DNA of 64,000 bases from Haliotis rubra (taxonomy: Eukaryota). This document shows positions 36,101 to 51,100 of the stretch, one piece after another (the first letter of the stretch is position 1; each line of letters opens with the position of its first letter). The notes below the pieces were generated by a model, which was not told the origin of the DNA, searched no databases, and was given only the letters and a program-made list of their open reading frames with translations. The stretch lies in assembly GCF_003918875.1 (NCBI RefSeq), contig NW_025766214.1, forward strand, positions 1,054,001 through 1,118,000, given 5' to 3'. The translations under genes and the position numbers were made by a program.

Positions 36101-39100
36101 ACCTCTCATTTGGTAGAGTTCTATCTTTCAATGACCTTGATGGTGAAAAGCATATTCATGCTTCCCCTTTATTTACTATATTTGAATCAAGGCCACTTAG
36201 TGTGCTGACATGTCATATTACCTAGGAACAATATCCATATGTCATGCAGTTACTCCAATGTGTCATGTCTTAAGGTTAGTGGTCACTGCCTAATGTCATG
36301 CAGTCACTCTCTAATATCCTGGTCAGTCCTTAATGTCATGCAGACACCAAACTATGTCACGGTCAGTCCTTAATGTCATGCAGTCACCAAACAATGTCAT
36401 GGTCAGTCCTTAATGTCATGCAGTCACCAAACAATGTCATGGTCACTCTTTAATGTCATGCAGTCACCAAACAATGTCATGGTCACTCCTTAATGTCATG
36501 CAGTCACCAAACAATGTCATGGTCACTCCTTAATGTCATGCAGACACGTAAATGTCATGGTCAGTCCTTAATGTCATGCAGTCACCAAACTATGTCATGA
36601 TCACTCCTTAATGTCATGCAGTCACCAAACAATGTCATGGTCACTCCTTAATGTCATGCAGTCACCAAACAATGTCATGGTCACTCCTTAATGTCATGCA
36701 GTCACCAAACAATGTCATGGTCACTCCTTAATGTCATGCAGTCACCAAACAATGTCATGCATAATGTCATGCAGTCACCAAACAATGTCATGGTCATGCT
36801 CATGTCATGGTCACTCCATTAATGTCAATGTCATGCAGTCACCAAACAATGTCATGGTCACTCCTTAATGTCATGCAGTCACCAAACAATGTCATGGTCA
36901 TCACTCCTTAATGTCATGCAGAATGTCACCAAACAATGTCATGGTCACTCCTTAATGTCATGTCACCAAACTATGTCATGGTCACTCCTTAATGCCATGC
37001 AGTCACCAAACAATGCCATGGTCACTCCTTAATGTCATGCAGTCACCAAACAATGCCATGCAGTCACTGCCATGTAGTCACCAAACAATGCCATGGTCAC
37101 TCCTTAATGTCATGCAGTCACCAAACAATGCCATGGTCACTCCTTAATGTCATGCAGTCACCAAACAATGCCATGGTCACTCCTTAATGCCATGCAGTCA
37201 CCAAACAATGCCATGGTCACTCCTTAATGTCATGAAGTCACTGTATGACGTCACCGAAAATCATTATGCTCATGCAGCCACACTCTGAAGCCCTGATCAC
37301 TCACATCATGCAGTCACTGCTGTACGTGTACCTCGGGTGGCAAGCACACTTCATGACCTACCTGCACAAGCTTTGTGTACAGACTTTTAATGAGGTACTC
37401 CTTAGCTACCTGCACCAATAGAGCGAAGTTTAGTTTCACGCCGCTTTTAGCAATATTCCAGCATTGGGCTTCACACATTGTACCCATGTGGGGAATCGAA
37501 CCCGGGTCTTCGGCATGACCCGCGAAAACGCTTTATCCACTAGGCTACCTCACCGCCTGCACCACTAGAGACCCACCTGCATGAGTTTTCTGGACAGATC
37601 GTTAGTGAGGTACTCTTCCTCCTGTTCATAGTTCATAGCCAGGGTCTCCTTCTCCTTCTTCAGAGACTGGATCTTCTTCAGCAGCGTGTTGCTAATAAAC
37701 TCCTCCTCTTGTTCAGCTTTGGCTTGCTGCAAACACAAAACACCAACATCAGAATTATAGCTGTCTTCAATACCATTTCCCTCTAGGGCTAAAGATGACT
37801 GATAGTCATACCACAGTGCTAACTTAGAAAGATAAGTGTATCTCTTGATTTTAATTGCATTGTTGGTTTTCGGCATTGTATAATATGGTAGATGGCCTGT
37901 CTGGACCAGACAAACCAATGATCAACAGCATGAGCATCAATCTACACAATTGGCCTGACTGGACCAGACAATCCAGTGATCAACAGCATGAGCACCGATC
38001 TACGCAATTGGCCAGAGAGGACCAGACATTCCAGTGTATCATATCATGAGAAACAATGCATGCCATCATGGTACAATGACAAGGAATCAACCATGACACT
38101 GAGTCTGGCCCTGATTTCTCGAAACAAACTTAAGTTTTTAATCAAACCTCAAACTGAGTTTCACAATTTCAAACAGCTTAATTATTAACTCAACTGCATT
38201 TTTAAAAAGCCCAAACAACTTAAGTTATCTATCCACCAAACACAATTGTCTACTATAGTTTGAGTTTAATACCGATTTCAGTTCATTCTGTGAAATGCAT
38301 TTTCCTGTGTTTTCTAAAATTTGAGTAAAAACTCGAACTTAAGTCAAAACTTCAGTTTGTTTCGAGAAATCGGGGCCTGATCCCCGAGTCCATATAGGTG
38401 CCTCTTACACAACTTATTGAAACCTACTAAACTCAGGGGTTCAATTTTTTTTAAAGAGCCACTTGCCACAGGCAAGCAAGTGACTTTAAGAAAGTAACTT
38501 GTCCTGACTAATTTTCCACTTGCCCTGATTTTATGACATAATTATGATGATGTAATTATGAAAGAAGAAATCAACATGGTATTTGATGTTAATGTTTACT
38601 GGACTATTTATTGAAAAGTGATAAATAGCAAAGAAAGATAACTCTACTTTATTATCATTGCAAAATTTAATAGCTACATTTTGAGCAGATATGAAATTAA
38701 ATCAAAGTTTATTTGCAGTTTGAAACCATAAGTGGAAATTATCTAGTAGCCCACGGACAAGTAAGATACCATTATTTGATTGCCCGAAATGAAAACTGAC
38801 TTGTCCCGGGCATCGGGCGATGGGATTTTTGAACCCATGTAAAGTACTTACTGAACTATCGATAGTCACACATACTATCGATGCATCAATAGTTTTTCGT
38901 TTCTACCATTGATTAACTGCTCATTGATTGACTCAACAATTGCAATCCATCCATAGTTTGATGCATCATTACAGCACTATAAAATACTCAGCACTATAAA
39001 ACACCAGCATGTTGCTGGTTTATACCTCATTGTATCCTAAAATGTTACAAACAGTTCTGTCAAGCAGACCTTGATCCAGTCATTGATTTCACCAGAACAT

Positions 39101-42100
39101 AAAAACATGTAGTTTCAGAAGCTCTCCACTGTGTTTGTCAACTGTTTTAACTCAACCCAAGGCCACCTAGCCCCATGCCTACAGCACTATATGTAATGTA
39201 AATGCACACAGAGCTGTTGAAAAGAACAATATGGAGGATGAGCCCTGTGGTGGCTGAAACGACCTTGGTGATGGGCATAAGCTGCATCATCTGTTGTAGT
39301 TGTAAACATAACAAAAACATGGCTCATTTCCAACAACCGGTTTCATCTAGTGTCACTTTACCCCATACACGATGCACTCTACCATATCTCTGTCATACAG
39401 ATATAAGCATGTCTAATGTCATTAAAACAATTTCATTAAATCAGCCATACACATCATTTTACCATATTTTGTCATATATTTACAGTACAATTCAGTCAAA
39501 TCAGTCATACACATCATTTCACCATATGTTGTCATATATTTACAGTACAATTTAGTCAAATCAGTCATACACATCATTTTACCATATGTTGTCATATATT
39601 TACAGTACAATTCAGTCAAATCAGTCATACACATCATTTTACCATATTTTGTCATATATTTACAGTACAATTCAGTCAAATCAGTCATACACACCATTTT
39701 ACCATATTTTGTCATATATTTACAGTACAATTCAGTCAAACACGTCATTTTACCATATGTTGTAATATATTTACAGTACAATTTCATCAAATCATCCATA
39801 CACATCATTTTACCATATTTTGTCATATATTTACAGTACAATTCAGTCAAATCAGCCATACACAACATTTCACCATATTTTGTCATATATTTACAGTACA
39901 GTTCAGTCAAATCAGTCATACACATCATTTTACCATATTTTGTCATATATTTTTAGTGCAATTTCATCACATCAGTCATACAAGGCATTTCACCATATTA
40001 TGTCATACATTTTTAGTGCAATTTCATCACATCAGTCATACAAGTCATTTCACCATATTTTGTCATACATTTCTTGTGCAATTTCAACAAATCAGTCGTA
40101 CATGACATTTCACCATATTTTCTCATACATTTTTAGTGCAATTTCAACAAATCAGTCGTACGTCATTTCACCATATTTTGTTGCACATTTTTAGTGCAAT
40201 TTCAACAAATCAGTCATACATGTCATTTCACCATATTTTGCCAACATTTATAGTGTAACTTCATCATATCTGTTATACACTTCATTTCACCTAAGGTAAT
40301 ACCCAAGGCACATTTCCTGCCATTTCATATGCAAGATGCCTAAAACACCATTCAACCATTTATCTGCCATTGTTTGTTCCCTTTAATCATTCCTGAGATA
40401 CACTGTTGATGTATTTTCACCCAATAATCTAGTATCATATGTAAGATACATCCTTGAGTCCATTCACCATACAAGAAATACATTCTAGTGTAACTTCACA
40501 ACCTGTGAGAAACACTGATACATTCGTGTGTATGGTTTACATACAAGAAATACATTCTAGTGTAACTTCACAACACGTGACAAACACTGATACATTCGTG
40601 TGTATGGTTTACATACAAGAAATACATTCTAGTGTAACTTCACAACACGTGACAAACACTGATACATTCGTGTGTATGGTTTACATACAAGAAATACATT
40701 CTAGTGTAACTTCACAACACGTGACAAACACTGATACATTCGTGTGTATGGTTTACATACAAGAAATACATTCTAGTGTAACTTCACAACATGTGAGAAA
40801 CACTGATACATTCGTGTGGATGGTTTTACGCAATACTTCAGCAATATCACAGCGGGGGACACCAGAAATGGGCTTCACGCATTATACCCATGTGGGGAAT
40901 TGAACCAGGGTCACTGGGGTGATGAGCGAACACTTTGACCACTAGGCTACCCCACCCCCTCCACCAGAACGCTAATGCTTTAACCACTATGCTATCCCTC
41001 CTTTTATTATGTATCTACCTGAGCTGTCTTATCACAATGTGATCATTTCTAAGTCTGCCTTAAACCGAAAAATCTCAAATTCCTTCATCCTGTTTACATG
41101 TTTTATTGCTGGTATTAAGCAAAGGTAAATTATGTTGATCATCCATCCCACGGAGATCTTAATCTAAAATGTGAAACATAATATGTATAGCAAAAGATAT
41201 AAGAAACTGTTGTCCCATTGATTATAAACTAGTAAAAACCTTATTGCTCTTCATTTATGCATGCACAGAAACATTAAACTGCTCATGAATACTGCACATG
41301 ATATATGCAAGAAGCTTTGAGTACCGGTATACCATTAATCTTTTAGAGTAACATTTCTCTCTGGGACTCAGCATGCCAGCAATTCTGTGGGGCACAGGGT
41401 AACAAGACTGTTTAGGACCTGGAATAACCATGCTATCTGGGGTTTAGTATGACATATAGGACCTGCAATAACAGTACTCTCTGGGCCACTATGACATATA
41501 GGACCTGCAATAACAATACTCTCTGGGTCAGTATGACATATAGGACCTGCAATAACAGTACTCTCTGGGTCAGTATGACATATAGGACCTGCAAAAACAG
41601 TACTCTCTGGGTCAGTATGACATATAGGACCTGCAATAACAGTACTCTCTGGGTCAGTATGACATATAGGACCTGCAAAAACAGTACTCTCTGGGTCAGT
41701 ATGACATATAGGACCTGCAAAAACAGTACTCTCTGGGTTAGTATGACATATAGGACCTGCAAAAACAGTACTCTCTGGGTCAGTATGACATATAGGACCT
41801 GGAACAACAGTACTCTCTGAGTCAGTATGACATATAGGACCTGCAATAACAGTACTCTCTGAGTCAGTATGACATATAGGACCTGCAATAACAGTACTCT
41901 CTGGGTCAGTATGACATATAGGACCTGCAATAACAGTACTCTCTGGGTTAGTATGACATATAGGACCTGCAAAAACAGTACTCTCTGGGTCAGTATGACA
42001 TATAGGACCTGGAACAACAGTACTCTGAGTCAGTATGACATATAGGACCTGCAAAACAGTACTCTGAGTCAGTATGACATATAGGACCTGCAAAAACAGT

Positions 42101-45100
42101 ACTCTCTGAGTCAGTATGACATATAGGACCTGGGAACAACAGTACTCTCTGGGTCAGTATGACATATAGGACCTGCAAAAACAGTACATATCAGTATGAC
42201 ATATAGGACCTGCAAAACAGTACTCTCTGGGTCAGTATGACATATAGGACCTCTCTGGGTCAAAATATAGTGCAATAACAGTACTCTCTGGGTCAGTATG
42301 ACATATAGGACCTGCAATAACAGTACTCTCTGGGTCAGTATGACATATAGGACCTGCAATGACAAATAACAGTACTCTCTGGGTCAGTATGACATATAGG
42401 ACCTGCAATAACAGTACTCTCTGGGTCAGTATGACATATAGGACCTGCAATAACAGTACTCTCTGGGTCAGTATGACATATAGGACCTGCAAAAACAGTA
42501 CTCTCTGGGTCAGTATGACATATAGGACCTGGAACAACAGTACTCTCTGAGTCAGTATGACATATAGGACCTGCAAAAACAGTACTCTCTGAGTCAGTAT
42601 GACATATAGGACCTGGAACAACAGTACTCTCTGAGTCAGTATGACATATAGGACCTGCAAAAACAGTACTCTCTGGGTCAGTATGACATATAGGACCTGC
42701 AAAAACAGTACTCTCTGGGTCAGTATGACATATAGGACCTGCATAACAGTACTCTCTGGGTCAGTATAACATATAGGACCTGCAAAACGGTACTCTCTGG
42801 GTCAGTATGACATATAGGACCTGCAAAAACAGTACTCTCTGAGTCAGTATGACATATAGGACCTGCAATAACAGTACTCTCTGGGTCAGTATGACACATA
42901 GGACCTGGAACAACAGTACTCTCTGGGTCAGTATGACATATAGGACCTGGAACAACAGTACTCTCTGGGTCAGTATGACATATAGGACCTGCAATAACAG
43001 TACTCTCTGGGTTAGTATGACATATAGGACCTGCAATAACAGTACTCTCTGAGTCAGTATGACATATAGGACCTGGAACAACAGTACTTTCTGGGTCAGT
43101 ATGACACATAGGACCTGCAATAACAGTACTCTCTGGGTCAGTATGACATATAGGACCTGCAATAACAGTACTCTCTGAGTCAGTATGACATATAGGACCT
43201 GCAATAACAGTACTCTCTGAGTCAGTATGTCATATAGGACCTGCAATAACAGTACTCTCTGGGTCAGTATGTCATATAGGACCTGCAATAACAGTACTCT
43301 CTGAGTCAGTGTGTCATGTAGGACCTGCAATAACAGTACTCTCTGGGTTAGTATGACATATAGGACCTGCAATAACAGTACTCTCTGAGTCAGTATGACA
43401 TATAGGACCTGCAATAACAGTACTCTCTGAGTCAGTATGACATATAGGACCTGGAACAACAGTACTCTCTGGGTCAGTATGACATATAGGACCTGCAATA
43501 ACAGTACTCTCTGGGTCAGTATGACATACAGGACCTGCAATAATAGTACTCTCTGGGTTAGTATGACATATACGACCTGCAAAAACAGTACTCTCTGGGT
43601 CAGTATGACATATAGGACCTGGAACATCAGAACTCTCTGGGTCAGTATGACATATAGGACATCAGAACTCTCTGGGAAACACTCTTCAAGGTTTCATTGC
43701 TGATATTTTACAGCTCGAGTAGATATTGTACTTGCATCTGTTGCTTTATTCAAGTCTATAATACTCCTGGATAGACTGAATCTATGGCGGAAGTCCAGAG
43801 TAGAGAAACATACTTGTCACTAACAGTAACAATAGCTTACCCAAGGAACTATTTTTCTTACAATGGTACTGATTATGCTGCATTGTCTGTAAATATAGCA
43901 AAACATTGCCTCATAACATGCAAGCAAATTACTAATCCATTTAACATATTGTTATCAATCATTTTCATAAAAGAGTACAGGAAAAGATTACTTATCTCTA
44001 AACTCAATGTCATGTAACGAAATTTTCAAGAAGCACTCAATCAAAAGATTTTTGGTGAGTGAGTGAGTATGATTTTACGCAGCTTTTAGCAATATTTCAG
44101 CAATATTATTGCAGGGGACACAAGAAATGGGCTATACATTGTACCCATGTGGGGAATTGAACCCGGGTATTTGGCTTGACGACGAACGTTTTAGCCACTT
44201 GACTACCACACCGCCCCAAATGTTTTTGGTGTGTGTTAGCCTGTAAATATCAATCATAAAAATACTAATATGGATTTACACACTGCACATGAGAAGTTGA
44301 GTGAACTTGGTTTAACGCTGTTTTGAACAAGTACGTTGGAACAAGTATTACTTGGATGTACACCTTAACAGCATGCAGTGTGGTACTTTATGCAATAGTA
44401 ATATGTTGTAGGGACATGTAACAAAAGCTAACTTTGCACCATATAACTTATTATGTACACATTATACTGATGTAAGCCATCACAATAATGAAAGCATAGC
44501 TTTTGATGACTAAGACCTCAAACATTTCCCTTCACATGACTCCTGGAAGCTTTGACACACACGGTAGAAGCATGATAGACATGTGAGAAAAATCATGAGC
44601 CACCAACTGCTTACTGTTTCATCATATCCGTGGTGATGAATCATTGTCATTTGCAAACAAATGCACTCTCGGTCTCTTGAGGCAATTGGGGATTACCTAG
44701 ACCTGCTCAGACACATTTGGCTCATATTTGGCCCCAATACTGTAGCAGTTGTCAGTACAAATTCCCTGGTGTGAATTAAACATTTCCTATTTCAAGTATG
44801 TACACTGTTACAACTAATCTGGTTTGCTTGTGGTGACTCCTATTACACTGACAACAGAATTCGTATAGAGAAGGCTCAACTTTACATGAATGCAGCATTA
44901 CAATGCAATGTTAAAGTACCAGGTCAAAAACATGAACTTTGAAAGAAAGGTTTTCGGAAAAAATACATAAAAAATTAAATATTTCTGCCAAGGGCACTTA
45001 GTTTGGAACTTTAGATAAATCCCTGGGCAAACACGGTTAGAGATTTGTACCGTGCCAAAAGAAGAAAAAACCTGAGAATGCAGAAACTGTTGTTCACTAG

Positions 45101-48100
45101 CATCGAGCGATGCACATGTAGAGTAGAGTCTGTTGTCTGATGCAAATGGTATCCGAAGGGCAAGTGGAATTTCAGACTTTTTAAGGGGTTACTTTAATGG
45201 GCTATTACTATTCCAGGTAGTGACAGTTTTGTAGTTGGAACAATGCAGTACTTGATCGTTTCTTGATCGTGTTTATCAATATCGTAGATAACTGATAATG
45301 GTGCTGTGAGTTAGTAAGTAATTTTAGAAAGTAATTAAGTTGGTTTTAATGTTAAATAAAAAAAATTGTTAAAAAAGTTGGTTTTAATGTCCCTCTTATC
45401 ACATATTAGAGAAATAGTTCACACATTGTACATATGTGACTTATTGTGAGGAATTGAACTCAGGACCTATGTAGGAATAGTGAATGCCTAAACTACTGGG
45501 CTACCCTAAACTACTGGGCTACCCCCTATCTACTGGGCTACCCTATCTACTGGGCTACCCTAACTACTGGGCTACCCTATCTACTGGGCTACCCTATCTA
45601 CTAGGCTACCCTAAACTACTGGGCTACCCTAAACTACTGGGCTACCCTATCTACTGGGCTACCCTATCTACTGGGCTACCCTAACTACTGGGCTACCCTA
45701 AACTACTGGGCTACCCTAAACTACTGGGCTACCCTATCTACTGGGCTACCCTAAACTACTGGGCTACCCTATCTACTGGGCCACCCTATCTACTGGGCCA
45801 CCCTATCTACTGGGCCACCCTATCTACTGGGCTACCCTATCTACTGGGCTACCCCATCGTACTGTGATGGTTGAAGGCTGTGATGTAAAAGCAGTATGAG
45901 CATGCCTTAGCTTTGGAATTTTTGTTGAAGACAGAATAGTTTTTTGAGCCTACACTTGAAAAAAGTCAGTTGTTATCTCTGAGAGACAGAGCCAAACAAG
46001 TTTTTTCATCACACAACACATTATTTTGAGAACATCCAACAAGTTAGATTTTCTAACTAAGACAAATTCTTTGTTCAAGAATTTCAGCAGCTAAAGAAAA
46101 CAACTCCCTTCCTAGCTTTTCACTGGCATCTGAGTGGTGACCATGTGTAAACCGGTGTCCATAAAGCTGTGGTAAACATAAGAAGCCTGTCAGCATAGCA
46201 CCTACTATTATTATTGTCTGTACAATGACACCAAATATTACTGTTATAAACAGCTATTTTAACATCAGATCTCTTATAAATAAGGAAAACTGTTGAATAG
46301 TAGCATGTTTGGGCTGTTGGTTTGGTTATATATTTGGTTAGTGCAGTCCTCTGTCATCTATTGCTTGTCATATCCTAAATATTTCACACATTTGTGAATC
46401 ACTCATCCCTCTGACCTTTAACTTGGTTTCAAGGTCACCATTTTGCACACTTCAACAAAAACTTTGTTTACATCCCAGCAAGGGTAGATCATGTAAACTT
46501 CAACGGCACTTTCTTGAGAGAAATACATTGTGATCCTAAAATGTTCTACTGAATGTGTATACCCAGTCTGTGCATGAGACATACCCTTAACATGCATAAA
46601 ATGTTTTTCTTGTTCTAACGAATCAATTTCATCCGTAAATATAACCTGGAAAACGATAATGAAATCTCTGGTGGATAATTTTCCAATTATGTTTGTTTTA
46701 TTCTAATGTTTTGTTTGTTTACAGTTTAATGCCACACTCAGTAATAGTCCATCAATATGAGAGCGGCCTCTTAATGATTCAGTTTGGACCACACAATCCA
46801 GTGATTGGCATCATGAGCATCAATCTACACAATTGAAACATGTGTCAACCAAGTTAGCGAGCCTGACCACCCGATCCCTTTAGTGGCCTCTTACAAGAGG
46901 CATGGGTTACTGAAGAACAATTCTAAATCAGATCTTTATGGTTTGAAAACATGAATGAAATTTGAAAGCATACTAACACAGAGGAACATACACTATACTT
47001 GGGATTACACTTTCTGAATGGTATTGTGTGTTCACAATAACACAGATTGATATGCTAATTTCTGAGGTTTCAAGCCCTGTTGCTGATTTTTGTTTTGTAA
47101 TTCTTGTTACTAACATGAAACACACAGAAAAGGAATTTTCTAAATGTTTCAGATTTCTACTAATAAATATGATCAATCGTTAAGGTTCAACTGAATTCCT
47201 GTACAGCCAGACTTAAATGATCTGCATAAATAAACCTACCTACATTTACTGAGTAGAGCCAGTAACAGATGCACTGAATATCTGTGATCTGAAGCATATG
47301 TAAGTACTGAGTAGAGCCAGTAACAGATGCACTGAATCTCTGTGATCTGAAGCACATGTAAGTACTTAGTAGAGCCAGTAACAGATGCACTGAATATCTG
47401 TGATCTGAAGCACATTTACTGACGAGAACCAGTAACAGATGCACTGTATGTCTGTGATCTGAAAGCCATTTACTGTAACAGATGCACTGAATCTCTGTGA
47501 TCTGAAGCACATTTACTGAGTAGAGCCAGTAACAGATGCACTGAATATCTGTGATCTGAAGCACATGTTACTGAGTAGAACCAGTAACAGATGCACTGAA
47601 TATCTGTGATCTGAAGCACATTTACTGAGTAGAGCCAGTAACAGATGCACTGAATCTCTGTGATCTGAAGCACATTTACTGAGCAGAACCAGTAACAGAT
47701 GCACTGAATCTCTGTGATCTGAAGCACATTTACTGAGCAGAACCAGTAACAGATGCACTGAATCTCTGTGATCTGAAGCACATTTACTGAGCAGAACCAG
47801 TACTGAGCAGAACCAGTAACAGATGCACTGAATCTGCACTGTGATCTGTGATCACATGAAGCAATTACTGAGGAGAACCAGTAACAGATGCACTGTATGT
47901 CTGTGATCTGAAGCACATTTACTGAGGAGAACCAGTAACAGATGCACTGAATCTCTGTGATCTGAAGCACATTTACTGAGCAGAACCAGTAACAGATGCA
48001 CTGTATGTCTGTGATCTGAAGCACATTTACTGAGCAGAACCAGTAACAGATGCACTGTATGTCTGTGATCTGAAGCACATTTACTGAGGAGAACCAGTAA

Positions 48101-51100
48101 CAGATGCACTGAATCTCTGTGATCTGAAGCACATTTACTGAGCGAGAACCAGTAACAGATGCACTGAATATCTGTGATCTGAAGCACATTTACTGAGCAG
48201 AACCAGTAACAGATGCACTGAATCTCTGTGATCTGAAGCACATTTACTGAGAGTGAGTGAGTGAGTGAGTGAGTATGGGATTACGCCTCTTTTAGCAATA
48301 TTCCAGTAACAGATGTATGTCTGTGATCTGAAGCACATTTACTGAGCAGAACCAGTAACAGATGCACTGTATGTCTGTGATCTGAAGCACATTTACTGAG
48401 GAGAACCAGTAACAGATGCACTGTATGTCTGTGATCTGAAGCACAAATACTGAGCAGAACCAGTAACAGATACACTGTAATCTTACTAGCCAAAGATCAA
48501 AATGCCAAATACCAAACATGCAGAAATAACTGGTGTTGCATTTCACTCTGACAACGACAGAGATAACATGGCATTATTGCTATTTATGTGATTAACATGA
48601 ATTATATATCAACTTTGGTACATGGAGGCTGTTAAGAGACAACACCATCTCAAAGCTCTCACTACACACGACTACAAAATGTTCATCAAGTAAATAGCCT
48701 TTAAAATAAAGGAGGCATAGTCTACAGCTGCAAATACATATAAATGAAAAGAGTGTATTGTTTGAAAGTCATGTACAATACACTGTTATTATATGTGTGT
48801 GGTAACCATGTGCTTAGTTAAGAGTTTGTGGGGAGATAAAAACTATGAATTTGAATCTGTGTGTACTATATTTCCTCAATTAATGAATGACAGCAATATC
48901 AAAAACATAATGAATAGTCTCAACTTTGAGGAAATGGAGCCTGGGTGCTTAAAAGATGACGGATTCTACAAAAAATATACAATTTTATCATTTCTGGCAG
49001 AAACGACATACAGGTGATGCTTTGTTAAGAAATAACATCTAAGAGGATTTAATTTTTCATTCATATAATCAAACTCATATAGCGACGTGTTTGGCTGCTT
49101 GTACTAGTATGAATCAATGTCAATTTTACAGTGCTGGGCCCTTATTCTCGAAACGTTCGTAGTCCTAAGAATTCTTAACTTTGATTGTAGCCAATGTGTT
49201 ACGAATGGGCATTAGAAGTTTGTAGGGCTACAAAACTTTCGAGAATAGCTAGCCACGTCAACTGACATACTTTGCCACAGTCTTACATCCATATTTCACT
49301 GACACAGTATACTGACTTCAAGCCTTATTTTATCCACTTCGAAACTAGTACCAGGCAGAGTAACAACAAGTATTATTTTTTAATGTATTTTGGTCTGTGA
49401 TTAGGATCAACCCACCAACTTTCTGCTCTGCAAGCAGACACACAACCCACAAGACAGGGTCCGATGCTTCATGAAAGCAGACAGGGGCATTCCTGCCTAT
49501 TGCATACCCATGAAGATATGGGTTAGAATTGTTCTTCAGTAACTCATGCTTGACGTAAGAGGCAACTAACAGGATCGGGTGGTCAGGCTTGCTGACTTGG
49601 TTGACACATGTCATCGTATGATATCGTATTCCAATTGCGTAGATTGATGCTCATGCTGTTGATCACTGGATTGTCTGGTCCAGACTCGATTATTTACAGA
49701 CCACCGCCATATAGCTGGAATATTGTGGAGTGCAGCATTTAACAACAAACCAAACCTACCTGCTGAAATCTGAAGCCACGACTGCGAAGTAAATCAATCA
49801 AGATTCATATAAACACTTGGTATTTGTGTTAATAGTAATACAGAATGATTAAGGATTAACGAGATACATGACAAGATAGTACAATCACACCAAACAGAGA
49901 TTGGGATAAATGTAGGGCAAAGAATCTGTCACTGAGAACTGTGGAAGTAGTGAGTAAGTAAGTTTAGCTTTTTGCTGCTTTTGGCAATATTCCAGCAATA
50001 TCACGGAGGGACACCAAAAATGGGCTTCACACATTGTGCCCATGTGGGGAATCGAACCCAGTCCTTCAGCGTGACGATCGAAAGCTTTAACCACTAGGCT
50101 ACCCCACCACCCCACTCTCGCAGTAAGCATGGGGAACACCCACTTTGTTGTTATTGATGTAGATCCCAACAGTCAGCTGACAATGCAATAAAATAGAATG
50201 GCTGAAAACACAACCCACACATATTTACTTAACTTCAGTTAATTACACCAACCATGGCTTCAGAACATGTGTAAAATATTAAAAGGGAGATATTTTATCA
50301 TTCCTTTTTAAACTGTACAGTATGTGTTCATTCATAATTATATAAATGAATCATTGTATTGAAGCATGACATCAGGAAACAATATGTCAGGAACAGTTTC
50401 AATATGCATACCCAGGTTTCAGCTGACAGTTTCCTTAAAAATCTCTCAGTTGTGTCAGTGTCTATATCCTGGCGTTTTGGGTTTATCCTGGCGTTGTGTC
50501 AGTCGATGCTTAGGAAACATTAGTTGTTCATGATGCTTAGGAAACATTAGTTGTTCATGAACATATGACGTCCATATAGCTGGAATATTGCTGAGTGTGG
50601 CAAACAACAAACATGGACACATGAATCACATGAGCAACTGTAAAACTTCTCATCTCAAAACTGTATCTTGACTGACTGACTGACTGACTGAGTTTGGTTT
50701 TACGCCGCTTTTAGCAATATTCCAGCAATATCACGGCTGGGGACACCAGAAATGGGCTTCACATATTGTGCCCATGTGGGGATTCGAACCCGGGTCTTCG
50801 GTGTGACGAGTCAACGCTTTAACCATTAAGCTACCCCACCGCTCCAACTGTATCTTGAAAAACAAGCCACCATCACACATTGTATTGTACTCATGTGGGG
50901 AATCAAACCCAGGTCTTCAGCGTGACGTGCAAACACTTTAACCACTAGACTAATGCCCCTCTACCATCTGAATATATACAATATGTTTGGGATGTCACCC
51001 TCTCATTATAGCACCAGTAATCACAATAAACATGACCATCCGAAAATGTGTGATGTTGAAAAACATAAATCTGATGACATATAGTTAATACAGTAACTTT

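Noticed and set aside
41368-43703. Long repetitive ORFs ([14 protein letters not shown] / [13 protein letters not shown] repeats)
   Set aside because: By-products of a 42-bp minisatellite whose unit is a multiple of 3; frames broken by indels, no splice context
47187-48546. Cys-rich repetitive ORFs
   Set aside because: Translations of the 54-bp array; the same applies to ORFs over the 60- and 72-bp arrays
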